64,000 nt of DNA. It comes from Alphaproteobacteria bacterium. Lineage in GTDB: Bacteria; Pseudomonadota; Alphaproteobacteria; G965218375. This document shows, in pieces, positions 40,285-49,699 of this stretch. A model generated the notes under the pieces. The model was given only the letters and a program-made list of their open reading frames with translations. It was not told the DNA's origin and searched no databases. The translations under genes were made by a program, and so were the position numbers. The stretch's first letter is position 1. Every line of letters starts with the position of its first letter. The DNA lies in NCBI GenBank assembly GCA_965218375.1, contig OZ244618.1, positions 1,917,009 to 1,981,008 of the forward strand. Direction: 5' to 3'.

Positions 40285-41781
40285 ATGACGGAAGATATAG
40301 AATATGGAGTTCTTGCAGGTAAAAAAGCTATAGACAAATGGCGGGGTGGCATAGAGGCGTGGAACGCGTGGGTTGAAGAAAATCCTGAGTTACGTGTTGA
40401 TTTTAGTGGGGTGGACTTTAACCAGTACCGCACTCAAGTGCCACTTGGCATAATTTCTTTTACCGGCTTTAAATTCCCCAATGGCGGTGTGAGTTTTGAA
40501 TCTGCCCAATTCGGGGATGGCGGTGTGAGTTTTGAATCTGCCACATTCGGAAAAGGCGGTGTCAATTTTGAATTTGCCCAATTCGGGAATGGCTATGTCG
40601 TTTTTAGAGGTGCCACATTCGGAGATGGCAATGTCTCTTTTACGGGTGCCACATTCGGAAATGGCAATGTCAATTTTTATCATGCCACATTCGGAGATGG
40701 CGATGTCTCTTTTAATAATGCCACATTCGGAGATGGCGATGTCTCTTTTAATAATGTCACATTCGGGAATGGCGATGTCGTTTTTGTGGCTACTAAATTC
40801 GGGGATGGCATTGTCAGTTTTCACGATGCTGAGTTTGGGAATGGCGATGTCTATTTTATCTATGCGATATGTAATGATCAGTTTGTTTTTAAACCAAAAA
40901 AGACAGGGAAAATAAACTATTTAACTTTTTACGGTTGTTCATTCAAAGGTGTGATGATCCTGAATGGCACATATAATTGTGTTCCTGACCTGCGCAATAC
41001 CATTACATCTAGTCATGTGGATTTAATGGGTTTGAAGATAATCAAAGGGTATAAAAAAAATTTAGAAGGAAGGTTAAAAGAGCCCGCAACAGAGTTCGCA
41101 AAAGACCAATGGATAAAAGATCAGTTAAAGGAATGGGAAAAGGATTTACTAGAAAAACCAACAGATGATCAAAAAGGAAAACAGGAAGAAGAATTTGAAA
41201 AGAAATGGAATCCAGATGAAAATCAAAAAATAGTTGATGATAAATTCAAAGAGCTGGTCTCACAACAAAATGAAGAGACGTCCGCACAGTTCTGCCGATT
41301 AAAAGAGCTGGCGGAACAAAATCGCGCCCATGATAAAGCCCTTGTTTTTTTTGCGGAGGAGTGTGCCGTAAATCGCGAAAATCAAAATAAAGCCTGGGTC
41401 TGGTTGGACAAAGCCTATGCGGGCGCTTGCCGTCATGGCCGTTCTATTGGGCGACCTGTTTTGGGGTTGTTTCTTAGTTGGGTGGTCTTTAGTGGGATTT
41501 ATTGTTCAATAATACTTTTGACGAATAAGTTTGTTACAAGCTCATTTTTGGGCAGATGTTGGGAGGTTTTATGTGCATATGTTAAATCTTTTTTACTTTG
41601 TATATTCAACTCCGTTCCATTCCTAGGATTCACGCGACATGGATATAACAATATTTTTAGTAAGCTTTTCGGTTCAGAGCCAAGTTTCTGGGTATATATG
41701 CCTATAGGCCTGCAAAGCTTGATCGCTTTTATCTTTTTATTCTTAATCGGTCTTGGTATCCGCAACCGCTTCCGCATATAA
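40285..41781 (+). CDS. pentapeptide-like 12-aa repeat protein with C-terminal membrane module (paralog 3)
   Basis: About 11 FGxGxVxFxxAx units, CVPDLRNTITSSHVDL, AQFCRLKELAEQNRAHDKAL, ends FLFLIGLGIRNRFRI. Confidence 0.87.
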   Translation: MTEDIEYGVLAGKKAIDKWRGGIEAWNAWVEENPELRVDFSGVDFNQYRTQVPLGIISFTGFKFPNGGVSFESAQFGDGGVSFESATFGKGGVNFEFAQFGNGYVVFRGATFGDGNVSFTGATFGNGNVNFYHATFGDGDVSFNNATFGDGDVSFNNVTFGNGDVVFVATKFGDGIVSFHDAEFGNGDVYFIYAICNDQFVFKPKKTGKINYLTFYGCSFKGVMILNGTYNCVPDLRNTITSSHVDLMGLKIIKGYKKNLEGRLKEPATEFAKDQWIKDQLKEWEKDLLEKPTDDQKGKQEEEFEKKWNPDENQKIVDDKFKELVSQQNEETSAQFCRLKELAEQNRAHDKALVFFAEECAVNRENQNKAWVWLDKAYAGACRHGRSIGRPVLGLFLSWVVFSGIYCSIILLTNKFVTSSFLGRCWEVLCAYVKSFLLCIFNSVPFLGFTRHGYNNIFSKLFGSEPSFWVYMPIGLQSLIAFIFLFLIGLGIRNRFRI

Positions 41782-41831
41782 GTGACGTGTTAGAGACGCT
41801 CTGAGCCTTATACGTACTTATCTAAGCGCGT

Positions 41832-41957
41832 TCAATCGAGGGGCTTCACCAGGTCTTTTGCGCTTTGGTTGTCGTATATTCGTAATTGGTTGATGTTGCT
41901 GTGGCCGATAATCGGCGCTTACCTCTTGCCAGTGTCTTTAAGTTCTAAGATTGTGGC
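41832..41957 (-). pseudogene. minimal remnant of the same tyrosine recombinase
   Basis: Minus strand ATILELKDTGKR* joined to IGHSNINQLRIYDNQSAKDLVK; matches both ends of the 25330..25937 pseudogene. Confidence 0.8.
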
Positions 41958-42117
41958 TGTACATCACCTATATTACAAAAATTGAATCAAGTACAATTCG
42001 TAATAATAGGTATTTGTCTCAGGTGTTTTTATGCGATAAAAAACAATAAATAATATGCTTCAAAATCAAAAAAATTGTTTATTTACAATAACTTTTATTG
42101 TTTCGCAATATATTGAG

Positions 42118-42193
42118 TGGTGCCCGGAGGCGGATTCGAACCACCGACACTGCGATTTTCAGTCGCATGCTCTACCAACTGAGCTATCCGGGC
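42118..42193 (-). tRNA. tRNA-Phe (GAA)
   Basis: GCCCGGA/TCCGGGC acceptor stem, anticodon loop CTGAAAA, GGTTCGAATCC, encoded CCA. Confidence 0.97.
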
Positions 42194-42286
42194 ACAAAAA
42201 TCGCTAAAAATGTTACGTGCTTTTAATAAAATGATGTTTCTTAAGAGCACATTCTGTAATAATTTTAACTAATTTTCTAGGATGCA

Positions 42287-42315
42287 TTTATAGGAAAAAA
42301 AAATGTGTCTGTCTA
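42287..42315 (-). promoter_or_regulatory. putative sigma70 promoter of tRNA-Phe
   Basis: Minus strand TAGACA-N17-TATAAA. Confidence 0.45.
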
Positions 42316-42581
42316 GTCCTATTCTAGAGAAATCAGAGTTTCTGTTAAAAAAAATAAAAAGATTAAGTTTTAGTGAGAATTTTGTCACTTAACATAAATA
42401 GATCCATCCATAATACGCCCATGCGTGGGATAGGTGGTGGCTGAGAAGGCGAAGGGTTGATCGTCTTTTGGGGTTACTTTTGACTCTGTCGGCAGGTATC
42501 TACAAGGGGGGCGATAATCACTGAATTATTTTTAAGAGTTCCTGAGGGGGTATTTGTTTTGCGGATGTAGCCTTAACAGAG

Positions 42582-43112
42582 TTATAGGTTTTCAGAGAGC
42601 AGAATATGGTGTTTTGAGGTCTCGACATAATTTTGTGAGGAAATAGATATGAAACTAATTTCATCTTCAGTTAAATCGCGCATATAGCGCGCAGGGGAGC
42701 CCGCCCAGAGTTGACCGCTGGGGATTGTTTTATTTGGCGTGAGGAGGGAGCCTGCTGCGAGCATACCATGGGTCTGGACTACAGCGCCGTCCATAACTGT
42801 GGAATGCATACCAACAAATGAGCTGTCTTCAAGAGTGCAGCCATGAATGAGGGCTAAGTGCCCGATGGTTACATTATTCCCGATATGCGTTGGGTGGGTA
42901 TTTTGGGTGACATGAACAACAGAATTATCTTGAATATTTACATTGTTGCCGATTCTAATAAAATTTACATCACCACGGATGGTGACGCTGTACCAGATAT
43001 TTGAGTGTTCTCCAATGGTAACGTCACCAATAATTGCCGCATTTTCAGCTATAAAAGCTTGAGAAGATATTTTGGGGAAGATACCTTTGTAAGGTTTTAT
43101 AAGCTGCGTCAT
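42582..43112 (-). CDS. gamma carbonic anhydrase family protein
   Basis: IRGDVN.IRIG..NIQD, TIGH...HGC hexapeptide fold. Confidence 0.92.
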   Translation of the reverse strand: MTQLIKPYKGIFPKISSQAFIAENAAIIGDVTIGEHSNIWYSVTIRGDVNFIRIGNNVNIQDNSVVHVTQNTHPTHIGNNVTIGHLALIHGCTLEDSSFVGMHSTVMDGAVVQTHGMLAAGSLLTPNKTIPSGQLWAGSPARYMRDLTEDEISFISISSQNYVETSKHHILLSENL

Positions 43113-43159
43113 TTTTAAGTCCCCTAAGTTAGATTATTTTATAATTATACATAGCTACT

Positions 43160-44209
43160 TTATGGAAAAATTGGTGTAAAATCTAGTCCCATATCTTCAT
43201 TCCACCCCATACGAATATTCATATTCTGTATCCCTTGACCGGAAGCCCCTTTCATGAGGTTATCGATGGCGCTGACGATGATGACACCAGGGGCCACGCG
43301 GTTAGCTACAATACCAATTTTTGCAAAGTTCGATCCCTTGACGTGGTGGGTGGCGGGTGTCTGCCCAAGGGGGAGGATTTGGACAAAGGGGGCGTCTTCA
43401 TAGGCTTGACTTAAAATATGATGCAGGTGATCAATGGTCTGATTATCTGACATATTAACATATATGGTTGACAGAATACCCCTATTTGTCGGGATAATGT
43501 GCGGCGTGAAGGAAAGGCGCATATCTTGAGTATTATTGGCATCATTCAGGATTTGCTCAATTTCTGGTGTATGCCGATGGGTTCCAATACTATAGGCGCG
43601 GAAACCGTCTGTGACTTCTGTATAAAGGGCGCTCTCTTGCGGACTCCGTCCCAAACCTGTCGCCCCTGACTTACTATCAATAATAATATTATTGGTGTGA
43701 ATGGTGCGCGCTTTTACCAGGGGAAATAGGGGCAGAAGTGCCGAGGTTGGATAACAACCAGGACAGGCAATTAGGTTAGATTTTTTAATGGCATCACGAT
43801 AAATCTCACTTAAACCATATACTGCTTTAGGTTGGAGTTCAGGGGCAAGGTGGGGAGTTTGGTATATTTGCTCATAGTGCGCTGGATTCCAAATTCTAAA
43901 GTCTGCGCTCAGGTCAATCACAACCGTTTCAGAGGGAAGGGTTTTGATAATCGCTTGGGATGCAGTATGGGGAAGTGCGGTAAAAATAATATCGACACCA
44001 CGGGGGTCAAACTTATCAATCTTGACCATGTCTGGCAGGGTATAGGGGCTTAAGTGCGGATAAATTTCTGCGATACTCAGGCCGGCTTTCCTGTCAGCAA
44101 TCAAGTCTGTTATACGGACCATTGGGTGACTTTTTAGCAGACGTATCAGTTCAACGCCCGTATATCCACTGGCACCAATGATTGCGACATTTTTTGGGGA
44201 CGTATTCAT
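43160..44209 (-). CDS. argC: N-acetyl-gamma-glutamyl-phosphate reductase
   Basis: GASGYTG, DLSADFR, PGCYPT, HRHTPEI, DNLMKGASGQ. Confidence 0.96.
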   Translation of the reverse strand: MNTSPKNVAIIGASGYTGVELIRLLKSHPMVRITDLIADRKAGLSIAEIYPHLSPYTLPDMVKIDKFDPRGVDIIFTALPHTASQAIIKTLPSETVVIDLSADFRIWNPAHYEQIYQTPHLAPELQPKAVYGLSEIYRDAIKKSNLIACPGCYPTSALLPLFPLVKARTIHTNNIIIDSKSGATGLGRSPQESALYTEVTDGFRAYSIGTHRHTPEIEQILNDANNTQDMRLSFTPHIIPTNRGILSTIYVNMSDNQTIDHLHHILSQAYEDAPFVQILPLGQTPATHHVKGSNFAKIGIVANRVAPGVIIVSAIDNLMKGASGQGIQNMNIRMGWNEDMGLDFTPIFP

Positions 44210-44428
44210 TCTCCCGCGACTCCTTTAAAACTCAATTTCAATGATTATAAAAATAAACTATTGATAAATCTATTAAATTTTAAAGCGGACATGGCCATTT
44301 TTATGAATATCAGGAACAAGGGCTACCCTCTGCGGTGACGTTCACGATAAAACATAGGTGGGGAAGGGGGCAAACTTCTCATAGGTTTGGGTAGTGTAGT
44401 TTGAGGAGAACATACCCATACTTAAAAA

Positions 44429-44641
44429 TTAATGAGATAAACCCTTCTTTTTAAGCACATAAGCAAGTTTTCGTTGCGCAAGATTCTTTATTTGTGCCCG
44501 AGAGATATGTTTTCCAGTAACCAAGTGAATCTCAATATTTGTTTTGGGATCAATGGCAGAGATGCGCATATATTTTCCAACCGTATACATCTCTAGCAGG
44601 ATACTGCTATTCATTTGGTTTTCAGTGTATTTCTTTTGCAT
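44429..44641 (-). CDS. small conserved alphaproteobacterial protein (DUF6898-like)
   Basis: VGKYMRISAIDPKTNIE...LAQRKLAYVL pattern. Confidence 0.65.
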   Translation of the reverse strand: MQKKYTENQMNSSILLEMYTVGKYMRISAIDPKTNIEIHLVTGKHISRAQIKNLAQRKLAYVLKKKGLSH

Positions 44642-44699
44642 ACAGATTTTCTAAATATTAGTATTAAGAATAATTAAAGGAACAAAATCGCATACTTTG

Positions 44700-45914
44700 T
44701 TAATGCGTGCGTTCCAAGTGGTAGAGGTCCCAAACTTGATCAAGAGCATTAACGAGTTCTTCAATCAATAGATCTGTATGATAGGGGCTTGGGGTAAGGC
44801 GGAGACGTTCTTGCTTTTTAGGCACGGTCGGATAGTTAATAGGTTGAGCATAAATTCCATATTTAAGTAAGAGAATATTTGAAATTTCTGTACAGAGGAA
44901 CGAATCACCAATCATGATAGGGACAATATGACTTTGATTAGGAATAGACGGGATTTTCTTCTCTTTAAGTTTATTCTTTAAAGTCGTCACCTGTTTCTGG
45001 TGTTGTGCGCGCTTTAGTCTATCCTCCTTCAGGTATTTGATACTTGCTAAGGCACCAGCCACCATCACAGGGGAGAGGGACGTTGTGAAAATGAAACTTG
45101 AGGCATAGGAGCGGATACAGTCAATCACTTTTGCACTACTGGCAATGTATCCTCCCATAACGCCGAATGCCTTGCCAAAAGTTCCTTCAATAATATCCAA
45201 CTTATCAAGCAGACCTTCCCGTCCAGTTATACCTTCCCCATGTTCCCCATACATGCCCACCGAGTGGACTTCATCAATATAGGTTAACGCGTGATATTTT
45301 TCTGCCAAGGCGCATATCTCTCGTACCGGTGAAATGTTGCCATTCATAGAATAAATGGCTTCAAAAGCAATGACCTTGGGGACATTTGGATCTGCATTTT
45401 TAAGGTGCATTTCTAAGTCATTCAAGTCATTATGTTTGAAAATTACCTTAGAACATTGACTACCCCGAATTCCTGCAATCATTGATGCGTGGTTCAGAGC
45501 ATCAGAAAATATAATGCAATTAGGCAAAATCTTAGGGAGCGTGCTTAAGGTTGCTTCATTAGAGATGTACCCACTGGTGAAGATTAATGCGGCCTCTTTG
45601 TTATGTAAGTCCGCAATTTCCTGTTCTAGTAAAACATGGTAATGGGTATTTCCTGCAATATTACGAGTGCCGCCTGATCCCGAACCAGTTTTCTCCATTG
45701 CCTCATGCATGGCATCAAGAACAACACGGTTTTGCGACATCCCTAGGTAATCGTTCGAGCACCAAACAACAATTCTCTTGGTGGTTTCGTCAAGCAGGTT
45801 TAGTGTTGCGAATGGTAAATCATTTTTAATACGCAGAATATCATGAAATACGCGATATCTTTTTTCAGTATGGAGTTTTTCTAAAGCATTAGAAAATAAA
45901 TTTTCGTAGTTCAT
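44700..45914 (-). CDS. hemA: 5-aminolevulinate synthase
   Basis: [34 protein letters not shown]. Confidence 0.96.
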   Translation of the reverse strand: MNYENLFSNALEKLHTEKRYRVFHDILRIKNDLPFATLNLLDETTKRIVVWCSNDYLGMSQNRVVLDAMHEAMEKTGSGSGGTRNIAGNTHYHVLLEQEIADLHNKEAALIFTSGYISNEATLSTLPKILPNCIIFSDALNHASMIAGIRGSQCSKVIFKHNDLNDLEMHLKNADPNVPKVIAFEAIYSMNGNISPVREICALAEKYHALTYIDEVHSVGMYGEHGEGITGREGLLDKLDIIEGTFGKAFGVMGGYIASSAKVIDCIRSYASSFIFTTSLSPVMVAGALASIKYLKEDRLKRAQHQKQVTTLKNKLKEKKIPSIPNQSHIVPIMIGDSFLCTEISNILLLKYGIYAQPINYPTVPKKQERLRLTPSPYHTDLLIEELVNALDQVWDLYHLERTH

Positions 45915-46072
45915 GAGCTTTTAATATATTTTTTCATCAATATTTACGCGTAAGTATTGTAAGTAAATTAATAAACAGTGTATGTTTTTAATACTTCAAT
46001 AAAATGCCACTAATTTTAAACATATGGCAATATATAAATTATGCAGCGCTCTATGATAAGGCGTATTAAACC

Positions 46073-46246
46073 TTAAATATGTTCAAGATCAAAAGACGCA
46101 ATTTTTTCTTTAATTTTTAATTTCTCTTTCTTCAGTCGAGATATCTGCGATTGATTAGGGTGTGGACGTTTTTGTTCCACATTTAAGGCGGTATCAAGGC
46201 GTTGGTGTTTTTCCATCAATGAGTTGAGATGTGACTTACTGTTCAT
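46073..46246 (-). CDS. YdcH/DUF465 family small protein (57 aa, not in ORF track)
   Basis: MNSKSHLNSLMEKHQRLDTALNVEQKRPHPNQSQISRLKKEKLKIKEKIASFDLEHI; GAGG ribosome-binding site upstream. Confidence 0.8.
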   Translation of the reverse strand: MNSKSHLNSLMEKHQRLDTALNVEQKRPHPNQSQISRLKKEKLKIKEKIASFDLEHI

Positions 46247-46434
46247 TTGTACATCCTCGCAATAGTAAAAGTTTCAATATATCCATCTAAAATGGTACTA
46301 GGCTGGAGGTTTAATTGTCAAGTTGTTATGTGATTCTTCAAGAAAACACCTTGAACGCTTAGAGTTTAATATTATTTAATATCAATACTTTAAAAGTACT
46401 CTTGGCAAAAATAGAGCACTGACCCCTTTACAGG

Positions 46435-47328
46435 TTAAAAGGGTGAATTTTTAATATGCGCGTTAAACTTTTTAAATGATTCGCCTAAAGTAGACGCGGT
46501 ATTATCGAAAAGTTTACGCGTATTTTTCTGAAATAATTCTGTAGTTTTCTTCGTAAATTCTGTATGTAACAAGAATATTTCATTGAGCGAATTTACCTGT
46601 GAAAGTGCGTGGGTATGCTGGGTATGGTAATCAAATATTTGTTTAGTTGTATCAGCTGTGTGCTGCGAAATATCTTCAAGCGATTTATGGATTATTTTAT
46701 TTGATTCTATAAACCCTTGTATGGATTGAAGATTATTTTTAGCGAAACTGTCAAAGTAATATAATGCATCATTCAAAGTATTTTCCACGTTTTGTGCGGT
46801 ATTTTTACTGACATCATTCGTATGTTTTTCCCCATTAGAAAGTTGTTCATTGATCTCAGATTCCATCTTGGTGACAAAACTTTTAACCTTCTCTAAAGAG
46901 ACCGTAGGGAGAGGTGCAGTCGTCTTTTTGCTGGCTTTTTTTCCTATCTCAGCCAGAGAGGACTTTCCTGGAAGGTTGGGTGAGTTTGAAGAAAGGTTAG
47001 ATTTCTTTGCGGATGATGTTTTGTCTTTAGCTGGTTGTCTTGACTTTGAAGCCGCAGTTCTTGCCGGCTTTGACTTACTCTTTTTAGGAGTTGCGGCCTG
47101 ACTTTTCGGAGAAGGTTCTGTAGCTTGACGCGCCAACGTAGGAGCTGAATTTTGATTCGTGGCGTTGGACGCGTGGATTGGTGCAGGTTTAGGTGCTGAT
47201 TGCGGGCTATCAGGCGCAACAGATGAACTGGAGGAGGGTTGGGAAGCGTTGCCTTGTTGAAAGCTTTGCGAAGATGTTTGGTGCGGAGGGGGATTTTTGC
47301 TATCTATGTTCATGTTTTTGTCCATCAA
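46435..47328 (-). CDS. phasin-like protein with long low-complexity N-terminus
   Basis: P/S/K/A-rich N-terminal half; C-terminal amphipathic helices in a phasin-like pattern. Confidence 0.55.
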   Translation of the reverse strand: MMDKNMNIDSKNPPPHQTSSQSFQQGNASQPSSSSSVAPDSPQSAPKPAPIHASNATNQNSAPTLARQATEPSPKSQAATPKKSKSKPARTAASKSRQPAKDKTSSAKKSNLSSNSPNLPGKSSLAEIGKKASKKTTAPLPTVSLEKVKSFVTKMESEINEQLSNGEKHTNDVSKNTAQNVENTLNDALYYFDSFAKNNLQSIQGFIESNKIIHKSLEDISQHTADTTKQIFDYHTQHTHALSQVNSLNEIFLLHTEFTKKTTELFQKNTRKLFDNTASTLGESFKKFNAHIKNSPF

Positions 47329-47697
47329 AATATATAAAGTAAATCTGTCAATAAATGATTTTCGAGCAAATCATGTGTTAAAAGTAATTTACGTAAATTT
47401 TCGTGTCGCTAATCGCCTGATATTTTTTACCAGATTTTACTTCTGAACAGGATATATAAGTATTAAATTTGTATATATATTCAAGTTAATTTAAAGTAAA
47501 TATAGTAATTTTATAAGCAAAATTTAACATAATTTCATAGTAAGTATTACTATACTATGAAAGTTCATGAAAAATCAAATTGTAAATTTTTTGAAATGAA
47601 CTATTATTGGGTAAACTATTAATTAATTTTTGTGTTAAAATACAAAATTTTGACGTATGAGCACTTAATTTATTGAATTTAATAGGGTAATTTAAGT

Positions 47698-48612
47698 TTG
47701 ATCAAATTTCATGTTTTTAGTATTGTGCGTTATATGAAAGTCATTTTATATTTATCCAGAGTGTTCGCTTTTGTGTGTATTATAAGCGCCTCTGTATTTT
47801 CCTTCTCTGCTTTTGCTTCTAAGTATGCTTCTTTTGTTATGGAGGCGGACACGGGCAAAGTTTTATACTATAAATATGCGACCGACAGTCGTCATCCTGC
47901 GTCATTAACCAAGATGATGACCATATACTTGGTGTTTGAAGCCATAGATCAAGGGCGTACGACGTGGGTGACACCCATGAGGGCATCTGCTCGTGCTGCG
48001 CGTCAGCCGTCCTTAAAAGTTGGTATTGCCCAAGGGGAAAGTATTATGATCAAAGATGCTGTCCTTGCGCTCATTACGACCTCGGCTAATGATGTTGCCA
48101 CGGTAATTGCTGAACATATGTCGGGAACTGAGTGGCAGTTTGCCCGCTTGATGACCAAGAAAGCCCATAGTTTAGGGATGAAAAACACGTCCTTTCGTAA
48201 TGCGTCGGGACTATATAATAAAGATCAAAAAACTACTGCATCGGATATGGCGCGATTAGGACTTGCTCTACAGCGTGATTATCCCCAATATTATAAGTTG
48301 TTTAACACAAAGAAGTTCTCTTTTAATGGTCGGGAGTACAGCAATCACAATGCGCTGCTGCAGTCCTTTGAGGGAACCCACGGCATTAAAACGGGATACA
48401 TTAGAGCGGCAGGGTTTAATCTAGTCGCTTCTGTGACGCGGGATAAGAAAACACTCATTGGGGTTGTGCTGGGGGCAAAAACAAGTAAAAGTCGTAATAA
48501 GCACATGCAGGATATTTTGACGGATGCTTTTTCTAAAGCAGATCCCGCATTAACTGTGCATGACGTGCCCATCCCCTCCCCAAGGCTGATGGTTTCTAAA
48601 GTTAACTTATAA
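47698..48612 (+). CDS. D-alanyl-D-alanine carboxypeptidase (peptidase S11)
   Basis: PASLTKMMT, SAND, GIKTGY. Confidence 0.93.
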   Translation: MIKFHVFSIVRYMKVILYLSRVFAFVCIISASVFSFSAFASKYASFVMEADTGKVLYYKYATDSRHPASLTKMMTIYLVFEAIDQGRTTWVTPMRASARAARQPSLKVGIAQGESIMIKDAVLALITTSANDVATVIAEHMSGTEWQFARLMTKKAHSLGMKNTSFRNASGLYNKDQKTTASDMARLGLALQRDYPQYYKLFNTKKFSFNGREYSNHNALLQSFEGTHGIKTGYIRAAGFNLVASVTRDKKTLIGVVLGAKTSKSRNKHMQDILTDAFSKADPALTVHDVPIPSPRLMVSKVNL

Positions 48613-48631
48613 ATCCTTTATAGGTACGGTT

Positions 48632-49471
48632 TTAAAGTAAGGACAGGCGGTCGTTGACCATCGGGAGATTAATTGCTTTTAAAAGGGTGCGTATTTCAGC
48701 CCGTGCGCTCACGTGGGAAACTTTAACGACCATATTAATTTTTTCATCCCGTAAATCAAGAAGGGTCAGGCCTTTCACAAATAACTCACGATATATGACC
48801 CGCTCACCGAGTCCTGGAATGACTTTAAACCCTTGAGTAGAAGAAATTTTATTTAAAACTTGGCCCACCGATTTTTTATTATTGGCTTCAATATGAGAGA
48901 GCCGGTTTCTTAGGACAAACCATTTTATGTTTTGTTTATAGTACAGTAATTTTTTCTTCCTTTGCTCAAAAACCATTTCTGAGTAGCAGCTTGGTTTTTC
49001 AATATTGTAGGTAGAGCCATCGACCTTCACAAGTAAATCAATATCTATAAAACTATCATTTATTGGGGTGATCAGAACATTCGCAAAGGCGTGGCTTAGG
49101 CGCGATAAATTACTGTCCGATCCAGGCGTATCAATGACAATAAAGTCATAGTTCGCAAGCCTGGTCAGTGTATGGTGAAGGCTTATTTCTTCCTCTTTAT
49201 TGGCTTCTTGTCGATTATTATTTAAGCTGGAAGAGACGACTTCATGGTGCGACATTGGCAAGTTGGGATGATTGACCAACTGTTTTTTACGGTTATTAAA
49301 ATAGTGCGTAAGTGTTTTTTGCCGTATATCTAAGTCAATACTTCCTACAGAAAAGCCCATGCGTAAGAGAGAAATAATAATATGCATGGCGGTCGTTGAT
49401 TTTCCAGATCCGCCTTTTTCATTGCCGATAACGATCATAAACGCTTTAAGAGTTAATTTCTGCGGTAACAA
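48632..49471 (-). CDS. mipZ: division plane positioning ATPase MipZ
   Basis: GNEKGGSGKSTT, DLDIRQ, TPINDSFID, ERVIYRELF.KGLTLLD. Confidence 0.92.
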   Translation of the reverse strand: MLPQKLTLKAFMIVIGNEKGGSGKSTTAMHIIISLLRMGFSVGSIDLDIRQKTLTHYFNNRKKQLVNHPNLPMSHHEVVSSSLNNNRQEANKEEEISLHHTLTRLANYDFIVIDTPGSDSNLSRLSHAFANVLITPINDSFIDIDLLVKVDGSTYNIEKPSCYSEMVFEQRKKKLLYYKQNIKWFVLRNRLSHIEANNKKSVGQVLNKISSTQGFKVIPGLGERVIYRELFVKGLTLLDLRDEKINMVVKVSHVSARAEIRTLLKAINLPMVNDRLSLL

Positions 49472-49699
49472 GATATTATTCCTGAATTATTTGATTAAAA
49501 TTTAAAAAAAAGTGTATTTAACGCATGTTTCAGATTGTGAATTCTATTATTATTATTACTAAAGTAAATTAACTTTGTCATACTTTATAATAATAATGAA
49601 TAAAAAGTGTTTTTTATATTATGTGACATTTGATAGTGCTGTTTTATGAGTATTTTAGAAATTTGGTTATTCATGTTCTAATTAGAATACATTTTATTA

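Larger units (their letters stand above)
40190..42117. mobile_element. degraded mini-island at tRNA-Phe 3' end, homologous and inverted relative to the tRNA-Thr island
   Basis: Same layout: tRNA, AT-rich spacer, integrase remnant, convergent repeat-protein gene. Confidence 0.7.

Noticed and set aside
47623-47638. CtrA box upstream of the D,D-carboxypeptidase
   Set aside because: The TTAA half-sites are spaced by 8 nt, not 7, in very AT-rich DNA.
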